Shown: piece after piece, positions 10,501-19,900 of the stretch
Layout: each line of letters starts with the position of its first letter
Numbering within the stretch: the stretch's first letter is position 1
DNA from: an uncultured Cellvibrionaceae bacterium
GTDB taxonomy: Bacteria > Pseudomonadota > Gammaproteobacteria > Pseudomonadales > Cellvibrionaceae
Direction: 5' to 3'
DNA: 64,000 nucleotides
Assembly (NCBI GenBank): GCA_964451365.1
Contig: CAYVIB010000030.1
Span: 4,789 to 68,788 of the forward strand
Notes under the pieces: generated by a model
What the model saw: only the letters and a program-made list of their open reading frames with translations
Database searches by the model: none
Told to the model about the DNA's origin: nothing
Program-made: the position numbers and the translations under genes

Positions 10501-13486
10501 CCAACCCACTTTGCGCGGGAACCACATACGCAACCAGTTGCGCATCACCCGACGGACTTTGACACACTTTGGCCAAACCCGAATCCACTTCCGCGCAGGC
10601 GTTAAGCTGCGCCGTAATCTCACCCAGTTCGATTCGAAAACCGCGCAGTTTGACCTGATCATCCAGCCGGCCCAGGTATTCCAGGTTTCCATCCGCGCGG
10701 TAGCGCACCAGATCTCCTGTCTTATACAGCTTTTCTCCCGGCGAAAAGGGATGCTCGACAAATCTTTCCGCCGTCAGGTCCGGCCGGTTCAGGTAACCCC
10801 TGGCCAAACCGACGCCGCCAATGTACAACTCCCCTTCCGCGCCGGCCGGACACAAACGCATGGCCATATCGAGCACGAACAGGGCGATATTCTGGATCGG
10901 CCGGCCTATGGGAACCGAGTAACTGGAATCGCCCTGCCGGCAGTGATAGTACGTCACGTCAATTGCCGCTTCGGTCGGACCGTACAGGTTGTGCAATTGC
11001 ACATGGGATGCCTGCCGGTGAAACTCCGACACCTGGTTCGCCGTCAGCGCTTCTCCGCTGCAAAACACATAACGCACCTGCTGGCCAAACCGGCTCTGTT
11101 CATGCTTCAGGTAAAGCTCCAGCATCGACGGAACAAAATGCATGACCGTCACTGATTTTTCCCCGATAAGCTCGCTCAGATAATCCGGGTCCTTGTGCCC
11201 CGCCGGTCGGGCAACCACCAGGGTCGCGCCGTAACAGAGCGGCCACAGAAATTCCCAGACCGACACATCGAAACTGAAGGGGGTTTTCTGCAGCACCCGA
11301 TCCTGTGCATTGAGTTGATATGCGTTTTGCATCCATTCGATACGGTTAACCAACGCCCGGTGCGACACCATGACGCCCTTGGGAGTACCGGTCGAACCCG
11401 AGGTGTAAATGACATATGCCAGATTTGTTGGCCCTTGAACGGGCAGCCGTGGCAGGTTTTCGGTATTGAAGCCCTCCACCTGCGCTTTAAAACCGGCCGA
11501 GTCCAGTTCAACCAAATTGACATTCACCAGTGCGCGATATTGTTCCACCAGGTGGCTTTGGGTCAGCACCAGTGATACGCGTGCTTCGCCCGCCATGTAT
11601 TCGATCCGGGCAAAGGGATAATCCGGGTCGAGCGGCACATAGGCACCACCGGCTTTCAATACCGCCACAATGGCCACGACCATGTCCGCCGAACGCTCAA
11701 GCGCCAATCCCACCAGGCTGTCCGCTCCGACTCCCTGTTGACGCAGGTAACCCGCCAGTTGATTGGCCCGCTCGTTTAACTGCCGGTAGGTTAAACCGGT
11801 GGATTCAAATTGCACCGCCACCTGTTCCGGTGTTTGACGAACCCGCGCCTCGAACAGCTCGTGAATCTGTTTGTCCGCTGAATAATCCCGCCGTGTTTCG
11901 TTAAGTTCCTGTATCAGGTAATGGCGTTCGCGCGACGGCAGCATTTCCAGCTCGCTCAGACTGGCCGCCGGTTGGCGCACCATATTCTCCAGCAGGCACT
12001 GCATGTGCCCGCTTAGCTGTTGAATGTGGGAGCGGGTAAAAAGACTTTTATCGAATGTCCAACTCAGCAGTAAACCATCATCCAACACCGCCAGATCAAC
12101 GGACAAATCAAATTTCGCAAAAACCTCTTCGTCTTCTACCCGGCTGAAGCGGGTATCGGCAATGGTATGGTCGCTGCCGGACGCCTTCCCCTGTGCTGTC
12201 GCCATTGACAACATGATTTGAAACAGCGGTGAACGCGCGGTACTGCGCTCCACTCTCAGCCGCTCAACCAACTGGTCAAACGACACATCCTGGTTTTTCT
12301 GCGCAAGAATGTTAATTTGTCGAATGTTCTCCAGATAATCCGGCAACGTAGAAAAATCTGTATTTGCCCGCAACACCAGCGTGTTGACAAAAAAGCCAAC
12401 GAGGTCCTGGGTTTCCGGGCGCTGGCGATTGGCGACAGTAGTACCAATGACGATGTCGTGGTTGTTTTTATGACGGGACAACACCAGGCACAACGCCGCA
12501 TGAACAAGCATAAACGTGGTGAGGTTAAATCGCCTCGCCAAACTTTCCAGCGAGTTGCCAAGTTCAGCCGAAAGCCTGCACCTGATAATGTCTCCTTCAA
12601 AAGATTTGTGCTCCGGTCGCGGAAAGTCCAGAGGTAGTGTGTTTTCCGGGGCAATGCTTTCAAGGTGACGGTCCCAGTATTCATATTGCGATTTAATGCT
12701 TTCTTCCTGAAAAAACTCCCTCTGCCAGTGCGCGTAATCGGCGTACTGGATCGGCAACGGTGGCAGTGGATCGGGTTCGGAATTTTTCGCCGATTTATAC
12801 TGAACAATGAACTCCCTGTTCAATATATCCATGGACCATCCGTCCGATGCGATATGGTGTATATTGAACAGCAGGCAACCTTCTTCCTCACTGGTTTTAA
12901 TATAGGAGCACCTGATCAACAAATCCCGGCTGATATCAAATGTGCGCAGGGCATCCTGTTGAATGAGGTTCCGTAATTCTTTCTTCCGCTCTTGCGGTGA
13001 CAGGGCCGAAATATCCCGGCAACTGATTTTAAACGTTGTGTAATCCTGTATAATCTGCACAGGCCCTTCATCTTCCTCGCGGAAAATCGTGCGCAGGCTT
13101 TCGTGTCTCCTGATAATCCGCCCAAGCGCCAATTCCGCGGCAATCAAATCGAATGCCCCCTCCACGTGAAGCGCCATGGGCATATTGTACTCGGCGCTAC
13201 TGCCGTTAAGCCTGTCCAGGAACCAAAGACGTTGCTGGGTGAAAGACAACTTCGCAACGCCGCGATTTTTCCTTGCGAGGGGAATGGCACCGGCCAAAAA
13301 TGCATTGGTTCCGCCCGCTCCCTCATCTAAGAGTGCAATGAGTTCGGATTTGTACTGCTTTATCAAACTCGACAGTTCATCAGTCAAAGCGCCGTTTTTC
13401 GCCTTATACTTAAGCTTCTCTGATTCAACGTACAAATAAATACCGTTTTCAGAAGCTTTTTCAAATACGCTTTGTGCGTCCATCAA
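4595..13486 (-). CDS. NRPS, modules 8-9: dock-C-A(Ser)-T-C(atypical)-A(?)-T-E-TE
   Basis: 2963-aa ORF. Motifs in order: TubC-like docking (aa 1-55), C HHIASDGWS, A LAYVIYTSGSTGTPKG (code DVWHFSLID = Ser), T FFRLGGHS, C HHIVTDH. Then A LAYIIYTSGTTGTPKG (code DAKNISAVN, unassigned), T FFHLGGDSI (GGDSI is typical before E), E HHLVIDGVSW, TE GWSSGG. It has ATGA overlaps at both ends. Confidence 0.95.
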   Translation of the reverse strand: MMDAQSVFEKASENGIYLYVESEKLKYKAKNGALTDELSSLIKQYKSELIALLDEGAGGTNAFLAGAIPLARKNRGVAKLSFTQQRLWFLDRLNGSSAEYNMPMALHVEGAFDLIAAELALGRIIRRHESLRTIFREEDEGPVQIIQDYTTFKISCRDISALSPQERKKELRNLIQQDALRTFDISRDLLIRCSYIKTSEEEGCLLFNIHHIASDGWSMDILNREFIVQYKSAKNSEPDPLPPLPIQYADYAHWQREFFQEESIKSQYEYWDRHLESIAPENTLPLDFPRPEHKSFEGDIIRCRLSAELGNSLESLARRFNLTTFMLVHAALCLVLSRHKNNHDIVIGTTVANRQRPETQDLVGFFVNTLVLRANTDFSTLPDYLENIRQINILAQKNQDVSFDQLVERLRVERSTARSPLFQIMLSMATAQGKASGSDHTIADTRFSRVEDEEVFAKFDLSVDLAVLDDGLLLSWTFDKSLFTRSHIQQLSGHMQCLLENMVRQPAASLSELEMLPSRERHYLIQELNETRRDYSADKQIHELFEARVRQTPEQVAVQFESTGLTYRQLNERANQLAGYLRQQGVGADSLVGLALERSADMVVAIVAVLKAGGAYVPLDPDYPFARIEYMAGEARVSLVLTQSHLVEQYRALVNVNLVELDSAGFKAQVEGFNTENLPRLPVQGPTNLAYVIYTSGSTGTPKGVMVSHRALVNRIEWMQNAYQLNAQDRVLQKTPFSFDVSVWEFLWPLCYGATLVVARPAGHKDPDYLSELIGEKSVTVMHFVPSMLELYLKHEQSRFGQQVRYVFCSGEALTANQVSEFHRQASHVQLHNLYGPTEAAIDVTYYHCRQGDSSYSVPIGRPIQNIALFVLDMAMRLCPAGAEGELYIGGVGLARGYLNRPDLTAERFVEHPFSPGEKLYKTGDLVRYRADGNLEYLGRLDDQVKLRGFRIELGEITAQLNACAEVDSGLAKVCQSPSGDAQLVAYVVPAQSGLDEQQLEDVLRSRLQDTLPEYMVPSAFVVLEAFPLTANGKINYKALPEPGCALRAGKYLPPRTETEIVLSDVWRELLKIESAGKADNFFRLGGHSILVIKMLSRLREKGYSIELKEVYGAADLAAMAAKIDRLRTAKSPVESKPGIPQGCTAITADMLDLVRLDSGDLDYIVSRVPGGAENIEDIFPLSHLQEGILFHHLMDREDDPYILLSMLKVKGDKAYRELIDGLNFIIARHEMLRTAVFWQGITKPVQVVMRAAQLAVEVITVQSGDSALAQLERHVRRQRIALEQAPLIKLYATQSNDQYDVILAYHHIVTDHLVLEILSDELQLYRLGLTGKLATPAPYRQFVERVRDQSVAGHALPFFRGMLEDVSEATTPLGLTDIQGNTEIAEVVEFVPGKTAASIRAISQRMSCSPAVLFHTVFSMVVSSLCGRDDVVFGTVLSGRQQGIDGIDKAVGLFINTLPIRVKLDNRRLSEVYTGIRNILVELVAHEQTSLVTAQRCSGVPKDAPLFTSILNYRHAAPALLSDNEAEGELNDIEIIDSRERTNYPLSLGVSDIDGEFELNLKTAAKAEAGAILAHIQEVLDVVVEALDTGNDVEISDLKAKVPTPRFASLQQEREVSTNRYDALSKVLQQKRETIHYRFEQAALDKAGDTALVFESHQLTFSELNAQANRLAHYLAEHISPDGKRVGICLPRSIDLVVAILAALKSGAAYVPIDTSLPDSRKKFIAIDAELSAVITCSSQVSAFPGQTRLCLDDIALQETLSNYVEDNLHISAKGDEAEALAYIIYTSGTTGTPKGVMVSHSCVDSFYHGFREQLAQLNLTDDAPWLWNASYAFDASIKGLVSLIAGRKVVLASDEQSRDPAALVALMKHTGVNVFNSVPRMVSQVIDVLEHEPDFAVNLISSGEDITQDTWERIGRYCSRHGKKAINAYGPTEATVNACYAVIACGQPVNIGKPLINAACFVLDENLSEVRPGSAGELFIGGPCVALGYLNRDRLTSENFIENRIRPDVSAFLYRTGDKVKQLSDGRLVFLGRDDSQIKHRGYRIELGEVEHALKGLADVEDAVATLTDTAVGKQLTAYFVPRGNATDTDPEAVRAALESALPQYMVPDAFVILTELPLTVSGKVDRGALPIPQALAESGAKGQPRDEIEKTLCDILSSVLNISVVGIHDNFFHLGGDSILSMQVVARAKRNNIFISVRDVFTAKTVASLAEIARKAERQQAIVEDAKGEQVLLPIQRDFLLSSLGARNHFNQSLLITVPPGLTRPRVRQLAHALLKRHDVFRLAFKTDAPDKWRAFYKDLDRDLLGEIFHYHNLADTAEEERKQTIQNVGSRYQQSFDLENGGLFRLVYFDFGQEEEGRLLLIAHHLVIDGVSWRILVSDLQLGCQQLIKGETLSLPPRTSSYQTWAEFLEGYATTGKFARQIEFWEAQVATDVPDLFPGAPAIAATTPLAKRKSVTVELEAGESSYLLKAAPQALNADINEILLTGLFLAVRKRTGIDRCRFLMEGHGREPLEESPDISETIGWFTSKFPFYVSSTHEELDSLISSVKQQYRSLPDKGLGYGLVKHFVATTDIRAEPFAQLLFNYLGSVDQIFASSALLSLADEAYGDDVGEDYVPPHALSVDSMVLDKKFKVSLRFCTNRYREEDILAFGRDFINELRRIIMHSKNRYTERDLYARLGLDIEPAVLDRIAIKLNESESGFIVFGMPPVSGSSLVYQPLAKQLENSAQFYGLQLPDLYTDITTTSIEGLASFYISIIKRIQPAGPYRLLGWSSGGTVAYEIGRQFEKAGDNVAFLGILDQPYRVSGAQEDLYRENPYFKIEGLYQEDLEFDWESIRGQSEQKAIQRLVKAINQQGLKPEGVEDDVVNRHLQALITFPQVMDQYEPVSSSLDIELFRTNVNQVNPSPYLDWDKVTGGKINVMPAEGEHMDMVYEKYAGSLAAKIISRLNPIVVSPAEIEQ
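4598..5400 (-). other. Thioesterase (TE) release domain of the terminal NRPS (approximate bounds)
   Basis: GxSxG nucleophile GWSSGG is encoded at 5150-5167. It is preceded by VFGMPPVSGSSLVYQPLA (alpha/beta-hydrolase start). This is the last domain of the ORF. Confidence 0.85.
5480..6800 (-). other. Epimerization (E) domain directly upstream of the TE (approximate bounds)
   Basis: HHLVIDGVSWRIL is encoded at about 6355-6387 (HHxxxDxVSW is E-type). It begins LLPIQRDFL, and the upstream carrier domain has the E-partner motif GGDSI. Confidence 0.8.
8650..9960 (-). other. Atypical condensation domain (HHIVTDH) between Ser module 8 and module 9 (approximate bounds)
   Basis: N-terminus is FPLSHLQEGILFHHLMDREDD, which is DCL/dual-E/C-like (LSxxQEGxLFH plus an HH-L-xxxx-DD element). 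The active site AYHHIVTDHLVLE is encoded at about 9546-9572 and lacks the G-W-S found in the other seven C domains. Confidence 0.7.
10354..12028 (-). repeat. Copy 1 of a 1,675-bp perfect direct repeat (C-domain tail + C-A linker + whole Ser A domain, module 8)
   Basis: Hand alignment at offset 3,470 nt. Identity starts at agccaggttccggcaac (10354/13824) and ends at gcttagctgttgaatgtg (12028/15498). Every ORF-track entry in the two intervals is duplicated with identical translation. Confidence 0.95.
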
Positions 13487-16400
13487 AATTCTCCTTCCTC
13501 AACAAGTCCGGAACATGCTATTTCCTCATGCAGCCGGTCGTTTTTCTCCTTCAGCCTGTTTTGGCGAATTACCTCCGCCATATTCGACAGAACGGGATTT
13601 TCAAATACGTCGAATACATTCATCGGATACCTGGACAAGTCATATTGCTTGTTTATTTTTGCCACCAGTTTCACCGATAATAGTGAGTGACCGCCAGAGC
13701 GAAAAAAATGCTGGCTGCGACTGATCTGTTCTTTATTAAGCAGGAGCAGTTCAGACCATACGACTGCCAAGTGGTTTTCGAATTCATTGCCCGGCGCTTC
13801 ATACTCCGCCTCCTGAACAAGATAGCCAGGTTCCGGCAACGCCTTGTAATTTATTTTGCCATTGGCGGTAAGCGGAAAAGCCTCCAGCACGACAAAGGCG
13901 GACGGAACCATGTATTCAGGCAGCGTATCCTGAAGCCGCGAGCGAAGCACATCCTCCAGTTGTTGCTCATCCAACCCACTTTGCGCGGGAACCACATACG
14001 CAACCAGTTGCGCATCACCCGACGGACTTTGACACACTTTGGCCAAACCCGAATCCACTTCCGCGCAGGCGTTAAGCTGCGCCGTAATCTCACCCAGTTC
14101 GATTCGAAAACCGCGCAGTTTGACCTGATCATCCAGCCGGCCCAGGTATTCCAGGTTTCCATCCGCGCGGTAGCGCACCAGATCTCCTGTCTTATACAGC
14201 TTTTCTCCCGGCGAAAAGGGATGCTCGACAAATCTTTCCGCCGTCAGGTCCGGCCGGTTCAGGTAACCCCTGGCCAAACCGACGCCGCCAATGTACAACT
14301 CCCCTTCCGCGCCGGCCGGACACAAACGCATGGCCATATCGAGCACGAACAGGGCGATATTCTGGATCGGCCGGCCTATGGGAACCGAGTAACTGGAATC
14401 GCCCTGCCGGCAGTGATAGTACGTCACGTCAATTGCCGCTTCGGTCGGACCGTACAGGTTGTGCAATTGCACATGGGATGCCTGCCGGTGAAACTCCGAC
14501 ACCTGGTTCGCCGTCAGCGCTTCTCCGCTGCAAAACACATAACGCACCTGCTGGCCAAACCGGCTCTGTTCATGCTTCAGGTAAAGCTCCAGCATCGACG
14601 GAACAAAATGCATGACCGTCACTGATTTTTCCCCGATAAGCTCGCTCAGATAATCCGGGTCCTTGTGCCCCGCCGGTCGGGCAACCACCAGGGTCGCGCC
14701 GTAACAGAGCGGCCACAGAAATTCCCAGACCGACACATCGAAACTGAAGGGGGTTTTCTGCAGCACCCGATCCTGTGCATTGAGTTGATATGCGTTTTGC
14801 ATCCATTCGATACGGTTAACCAACGCCCGGTGCGACACCATGACGCCCTTGGGAGTACCGGTCGAACCCGAGGTGTAAATGACATATGCCAGATTTGTTG
14901 GCCCTTGAACGGGCAGCCGTGGCAGGTTTTCGGTATTGAAGCCCTCCACCTGCGCTTTAAAACCGGCCGAGTCCAGTTCAACCAAATTGACATTCACCAG
15001 TGCGCGATATTGTTCCACCAGGTGGCTTTGGGTCAGCACCAGTGATACGCGTGCTTCGCCCGCCATGTATTCGATCCGGGCAAAGGGATAATCCGGGTCG
15101 AGCGGCACATAGGCACCACCGGCTTTCAATACCGCCACAATGGCCACGACCATGTCCGCCGAACGCTCAAGCGCCAATCCCACCAGGCTGTCCGCTCCGA
15201 CTCCCTGTTGACGCAGGTAACCCGCCAGTTGATTGGCCCGCTCGTTTAACTGCCGGTAGGTTAAACCGGTGGATTCAAATTGCACCGCCACCTGTTCCGG
15301 TGTTTGACGAACCCGCGCCTCGAACAGCTCGTGAATCTGTTTGTCCGCTGAATAATCCCGCCGTGTTTCGTTAAGTTCCTGTATCAGGTAATGGCGTTCG
15401 CGCGACGGCAGCATTTCCAGCTCGCTCAGACTGGCCGCCGGTTGGCGCACCATATTCTCCAGCAGGCACTGCATGTGCCCGCTTAGCTGTTGAATGTGCG
15501 ATTCGCTAAAGATGTCGGCATCGTATTCCCAGGCGATGGCCAGATAATCGCCGGAACGGTAGGCATTTATGCTCAGGTCGAATCGGGCCGCAACGTCATC
15601 CAGCACGATCGGGGTGAATTCCACCTCGGACAATAAGCTGCCCCGATCAACCCCCGCACCGAACCCCATATCCAGCGTTAACATAATCTGAAACAAAGGA
15701 GAATGAGATGACGATCTTTCCACGTTCAACTGTTCAAGAAGATACTCGAATGGCACATCCTGATTGGCTTGGGCTTCGATATTAACGTTCCTGATCTGCT
15801 GCCAGAAATCGTGCAATTCGTTAGACGACGCACGGTTACACGACGTATCCGTTCGCAGCACCACCGTATTGACAAAGAAACCGATGAGCGTTTCAAGTTC
15901 GGGCCGTTGCCGATTCGCCACCGGGGTACCTATCACGATATCGTCTGTGTTGCCGTGTCTCGATAAGAGCAGGCTCAGGGCGCCATGCAACAGCATAAAT
16001 AAAGTAACGCCATGTTTATTCGCGTACTGCTGCAAGTCATTGACGCGGGCAACCTGACCAGCAGTGTATAAGCGGCCCAGGTAACGTTTTTGTAGAGGCC
16101 GGGCGTTATCTAGCCGTAGCTTGTGTGACTGCGGCGCATCCGCCAGTTGCTTCCGCCAATAATTAACCTGGCTTTCGAGCGCCCCATTATCCAGCCATTC
16201 CCGCTGCCAGTGAGCGAAATCCACGTATTGGACCTGCAAGGGCGGCAGGTGCGCGGCTTCGTGTTTTTGCAACGCTTGATAAAGTGTTAAAAACTCGCGT
16301 TTCAAAATTTCCATGGACCAGCCATCGGTCGCAATATGGTGCATGTTAAATATCAATACGCCTTCCTTGGATTCACGTGGGTCCAAGCGGATAAACGACG

Positions 16401-16986
16401 CTCTGAGCATTAAATCGCTGGAAAGGTCGAAAGGAGTTTGCGCATCCCGGATGATCAGGTCGCGGATGGCCACATCCCTCCCGGATGAACCAGCGACACC
16501 ATCCAATTCGACCACATCCAGTTTAAATTGAAAGTCGCCGCGGACGACCTGGAAAGGCTCACCCTCTTCCTCCACAAAAACAGTACGCAAAGGCTCGTGA
16601 CGTCGCACGATTTCCGATATTGCCCTTTTCGCCGTGTCTTCGCAAAACTGCCCGCTTACCTTAAGCGCCATCGGCATGTTGTACTCACAGCTTTGACCTT
16701 GCAGTCGGTCGATAAACCAGAGACGTTGCTGTGGAAAAGAGAGCATAAACCGGTTGGCTTCCTCTCTGCCAATCGGTCTTATAGGGTTGCCGTGACTACG
16801 ACGCTGGCCTGAAGCAGGCACGGTCGAGAAGTAATCCAGAATTTTCTGTTTGTTCTCCCGGATTAATTCAATATCCTCCGCCGTGGCGACGCCTTTGGCG
16901 GCTTTGACTTTAAGTTCGCCACCCAGCACGGATACCAAAATTCCCTTTTCAATGAAAGAATCCAGGAGCTTACCGATGTCCATCAT
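13483..16986 (-). CDS. NRPS, module 7: dock-C-A(Ser)-T
   Basis: 1167 aa with TubC-like docking MMDIGKLLDSFIEKGILVSVLGGELKVKAAKG. Motifs: C HHIATDGWS, A code DVWHFSLID, T FFRSGGHS, acidic C-terminal tail LVEEGEF. It has ATGA overlaps with both neighbours. Confidence 0.95.
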   Translation of the reverse strand: MMDIGKLLDSFIEKGILVSVLGGELKVKAAKGVATAEDIELIRENKQKILDYFSTVPASGQRRSHGNPIRPIGREEANRFMLSFPQQRLWFIDRLQGQSCEYNMPMALKVSGQFCEDTAKRAISEIVRRHEPLRTVFVEEEGEPFQVVRGDFQFKLDVVELDGVAGSSGRDVAIRDLIIRDAQTPFDLSSDLMLRASFIRLDPRESKEGVLIFNMHHIATDGWSMEILKREFLTLYQALQKHEAAHLPPLQVQYVDFAHWQREWLDNGALESQVNYWRKQLADAPQSHKLRLDNARPLQKRYLGRLYTAGQVARVNDLQQYANKHGVTLFMLLHGALSLLLSRHGNTDDIVIGTPVANRQRPELETLIGFFVNTVVLRTDTSCNRASSNELHDFWQQIRNVNIEAQANQDVPFEYLLEQLNVERSSSHSPLFQIMLTLDMGFGAGVDRGSLLSEVEFTPIVLDDVAARFDLSINAYRSGDYLAIAWEYDADIFSESHIQQLSGHMQCLLENMVRQPAASLSELEMLPSRERHYLIQELNETRRDYSADKQIHELFEARVRQTPEQVAVQFESTGLTYRQLNERANQLAGYLRQQGVGADSLVGLALERSADMVVAIVAVLKAGGAYVPLDPDYPFARIEYMAGEARVSLVLTQSHLVEQYRALVNVNLVELDSAGFKAQVEGFNTENLPRLPVQGPTNLAYVIYTSGSTGTPKGVMVSHRALVNRIEWMQNAYQLNAQDRVLQKTPFSFDVSVWEFLWPLCYGATLVVARPAGHKDPDYLSELIGEKSVTVMHFVPSMLELYLKHEQSRFGQQVRYVFCSGEALTANQVSEFHRQASHVQLHNLYGPTEAAIDVTYYHCRQGDSSYSVPIGRPIQNIALFVLDMAMRLCPAGAEGELYIGGVGLARGYLNRPDLTAERFVEHPFSPGEKLYKTGDLVRYRADGNLEYLGRLDDQVKLRGFRIELGEITAQLNACAEVDSGLAKVCQSPSGDAQLVAYVVPAQSGLDEQQLEDVLRSRLQDTLPEYMVPSAFVVLEAFPLTANGKINYKALPEPGYLVQEAEYEAPGNEFENHLAVVWSELLLLNKEQISRSQHFFRSGGHSLLSVKLVAKINKQYDLSRYPMNVFDVFENPVLSNMAEVIRQNRLKEKNDRLHEEIACSGLVEEGEF
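13824..15498 (-). repeat. Copy 2 of the 1,675-bp perfect direct repeat (module 7)
   Basis: Same evidence as copy 1. The encoded peptide runs from HIQQLSGHMQCLLENM... to ...ANGKINYKALPEPG in both NRPS proteins. Flanking C and T sequences differ. Confidence 0.95.
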
Positions 16987-19900
16987 ATGAGGAACTCCTC
17001 CGCATCCTGGGTCTGGCTTATTTCCTTTTCCAACTTGACGAGCGACAGGTTGCGGTCAATCAACTCGGCAATCGAACGTATGGAACCATGGGAAAAAACA
17101 TTCTGGATGTTCACTGCTCCCGGATAAATATTGTTTATGGCCGCCACCAGCCTTATCGCAAGAAGTGAGTGTCCGCCTATATCAAAAAAACCGGACGTAA
17201 CGCTTATTACATTCTCTTTTAAATCGAGCAGCGTGCTCCATATCTGGACCAACTCCTTTTCCGTATCCGTTTTCGCTTCAACATAGTCACACGTCGTGAA
17301 GAAATCGGCAGGATCGGGAAGCGCGCTTTTATCCAATTTCCCGTTGGAGCTGAGCGGCCAGGATTCGACAGGCACTATCGCATCGGGAACCATGTAATTG
17401 GGCAAAGTCGTGCTCAATGCCGCACGCAATGCCGCCGCATCACCAACAGCTCCGGCAATCGGTTTGATATAGGCAATCAGGCGTTTTTGGTTGGTTGAAT
17501 CCTCCCTCGTGGTAACAACGCAGGAATCCACTTCACCGAAACCGCCAATGGTGTTTTCAATTTCACCCAATTCAATGCGATATCCGCGAATTTTCACCTG
17601 ATGATCCGCTCTGCCCAGAAATTCGATATTGCCGTCCGGCAAATAGCGCCCAAGGTCTCCGGTTCGATAGAGCCGACTGCCCAGCGTTGGATGGTGAAAA
17701 AAAGCTTTCTCTGTTAATGCCTGATCACCATAATACTCGCGCGCAAGACCATCTCCGGCAATAAAGAGCTCGCCGGCAACGCCAAGTGGCGTGAGCTGCA
17801 GCTCCTGATCAAGAATGTAGAAAGCCTGATTGGACAGCGGCTTACCGTAGGGGATTGATCGCCACGAGTCGGTATCGCCTTCGATGGGATAATGGATTGA
17901 CCACACGGAACACTCCGTCGCCCCACCCAGGCTGTGGAGGTGTGCGCGGGGGAACTTATGTCTCAGTCGAGCCGGCAGCTTTACATCGATCCAGTCCCCG
18001 CTCATCAGTATATGACGTAACGGTGCGGTACATTGTCGGTTCTTGTAGTCCAACTGATCGGCCAGAAGCGCGGCGGACAACGGAACCGTATTCCACAAGG
18101 TTACCCCCTCCTGTTCAACCAGCGTAAGCCAGTGTTCCGGGTCGATCGTCCGTCCATCTTCCGGAATGACCACCCGGCCTCCCGCAGCCAGCAAACCAAA
18201 GAAATCATAAACAGACAAATCGAACGTTAGCAGCGAAGCCGCCAGTATTTTATCGCTCGCGGACACTTGATAACGAGCATTGATATCGAGCAGGGTATTC
18301 ACCGCCGCACCGTGTTCTATTGCCACACCCTTGGGCTCCCCGGTGGAACCGGAAGTAAATATCACGTAAGCGAGGTTGTCAGGACCAGCGCGCCTTGGCA
18401 GGGCGCCGGCTGTGGTAACGGCATCGATATCCGCGATTACAATATCATTGACAAGAATCGAACCGACGCCTTCAATCGCATCCTCGGGAGAACTCACGAA
18501 CATGTATGAGCAACCGGATTTGGCCAGCACACGTTGACAACGCGCATTCGGCCACCTGACTTCCAACGGTAAATAGGCACAACCACTCATCATTATTGCG
18601 AGAGTGGCAATTAACTGCCATCTGCCCTTTGGTAATCTCACCGCGACCAGGCTTTCAACCTCCAGCTTCAGCTCTTTCAAATACAAATAAAAGCTGTACG
18701 CGTAAACAAAAAGCTCGGAATAAGTCATGTAGCCATCGGCATCGTATAATGCGATCCCATCCGGCTGCTTAACAACCTGTCGGAGAAAAAATTCGTGGAG
18801 GCAATGAGCGGGTCGCTCTACCTGTTCACCTGGACTTGCTTCCAATAACAAGCGGCGCTCAGCATCGGAAAGAAAATCAATCTGCCGCAGTTTTACCTGC
18901 GGCCGGTTGGCAATTTCCGTCAAGGTATTAATAACGTGCTGGTTGATTCTTTCGACATAACGCTGTTCAAACAGGTCTGTGTCATAAATGACTTTGGTAC
19001 TTATACCGGTGTCCGTAAGGCTGATATCAAATTCGAGGTCAAACCGGGCGGCCACGCAGGGATGACCACGTTCCCTAAGCGCGACACCCGGTAGAGTGAT
19101 CTCGTTCTTATGAGCGCCCCCGGGGCTGAACTCATTGACAGTGGTAAGCATTATCTGGAACAACGGCGTTACGTCAGCCCGTCGGGCCACATTCAGTTCT
19201 TCCACGAGTTTATCGAAAGGAATATCCTGGTTTTCCTGCGCTTCCAGGTGCGTTGTCCGCACATGCTCCAAATAGCTCCGCAGGTCTTCAAAATCCGTAT
19301 TGATCTTTAATACGACTGTGTTGACAAAAAAGCCGATCATCGACTGCAACTCAGCGTTCGGCCGGTTTGCCACTGGTGTGCCTATGATAACTTCATGGCT
19401 GTTAGTGTGCCGGGCGATAACGATACAGAGCGCGGCGTGGAAAAGCATGAAAGGCGTCACTTGCCATTTGATAGCCAGGTCCTCAAGTTTCGCGGCAATG
19501 GAAGACTCCAACCTGCCGCGAACTTCGTCGCCGCGAAACGTTCTTTCCATCGAACGCGAACCGTTCAACGGCAGGTTATGCACGGGCGCAACATTTTTTA
19601 GTTGACCGTCCCAATACTGCAATTGACGCGCATACAATGATTGTGAATCCGCGTTTCGCTGCCAACAGGCATAATCAGCATATTGCAGAACGAGCGGCGG
19701 TAAATCGACCTCACGGGATTCACTGACAGCGGCGTAACAAGCGAAAAATTCCCGAACTAGAATCTCCAGCGACCAGCCATCGGATGCAATATGGTGGATA
19801 TTAATCAGCAGTATTCCCGTTGCGTCCACCGAAGGCAGCTTGATGTAAGTCGCACGTAACATTAAGTCCCGCGACAGGTTAAAGGTATAACCCACTTCGT

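Noticed and set aside
13687-14625. 312-aa plus-strand ORF (and its twin at 10490..11155)
   Set aside because: It is antisense to the duplicated A domain, is R/Q/H-rich and low in complexity, and carries no motifs. It is a typical shadow ORF of a long, moderately GC-rich coding region.
10354-15498. The identical 1.7-kb copies read as an IS element, transposon ends or a CRISPR-like repeat
   Set aside because: Both copies are in-frame NRPS A-domain coding sequence with all A1-A10 motifs. There is no transposase, no terminal inverted repeats and no spacer architecture.
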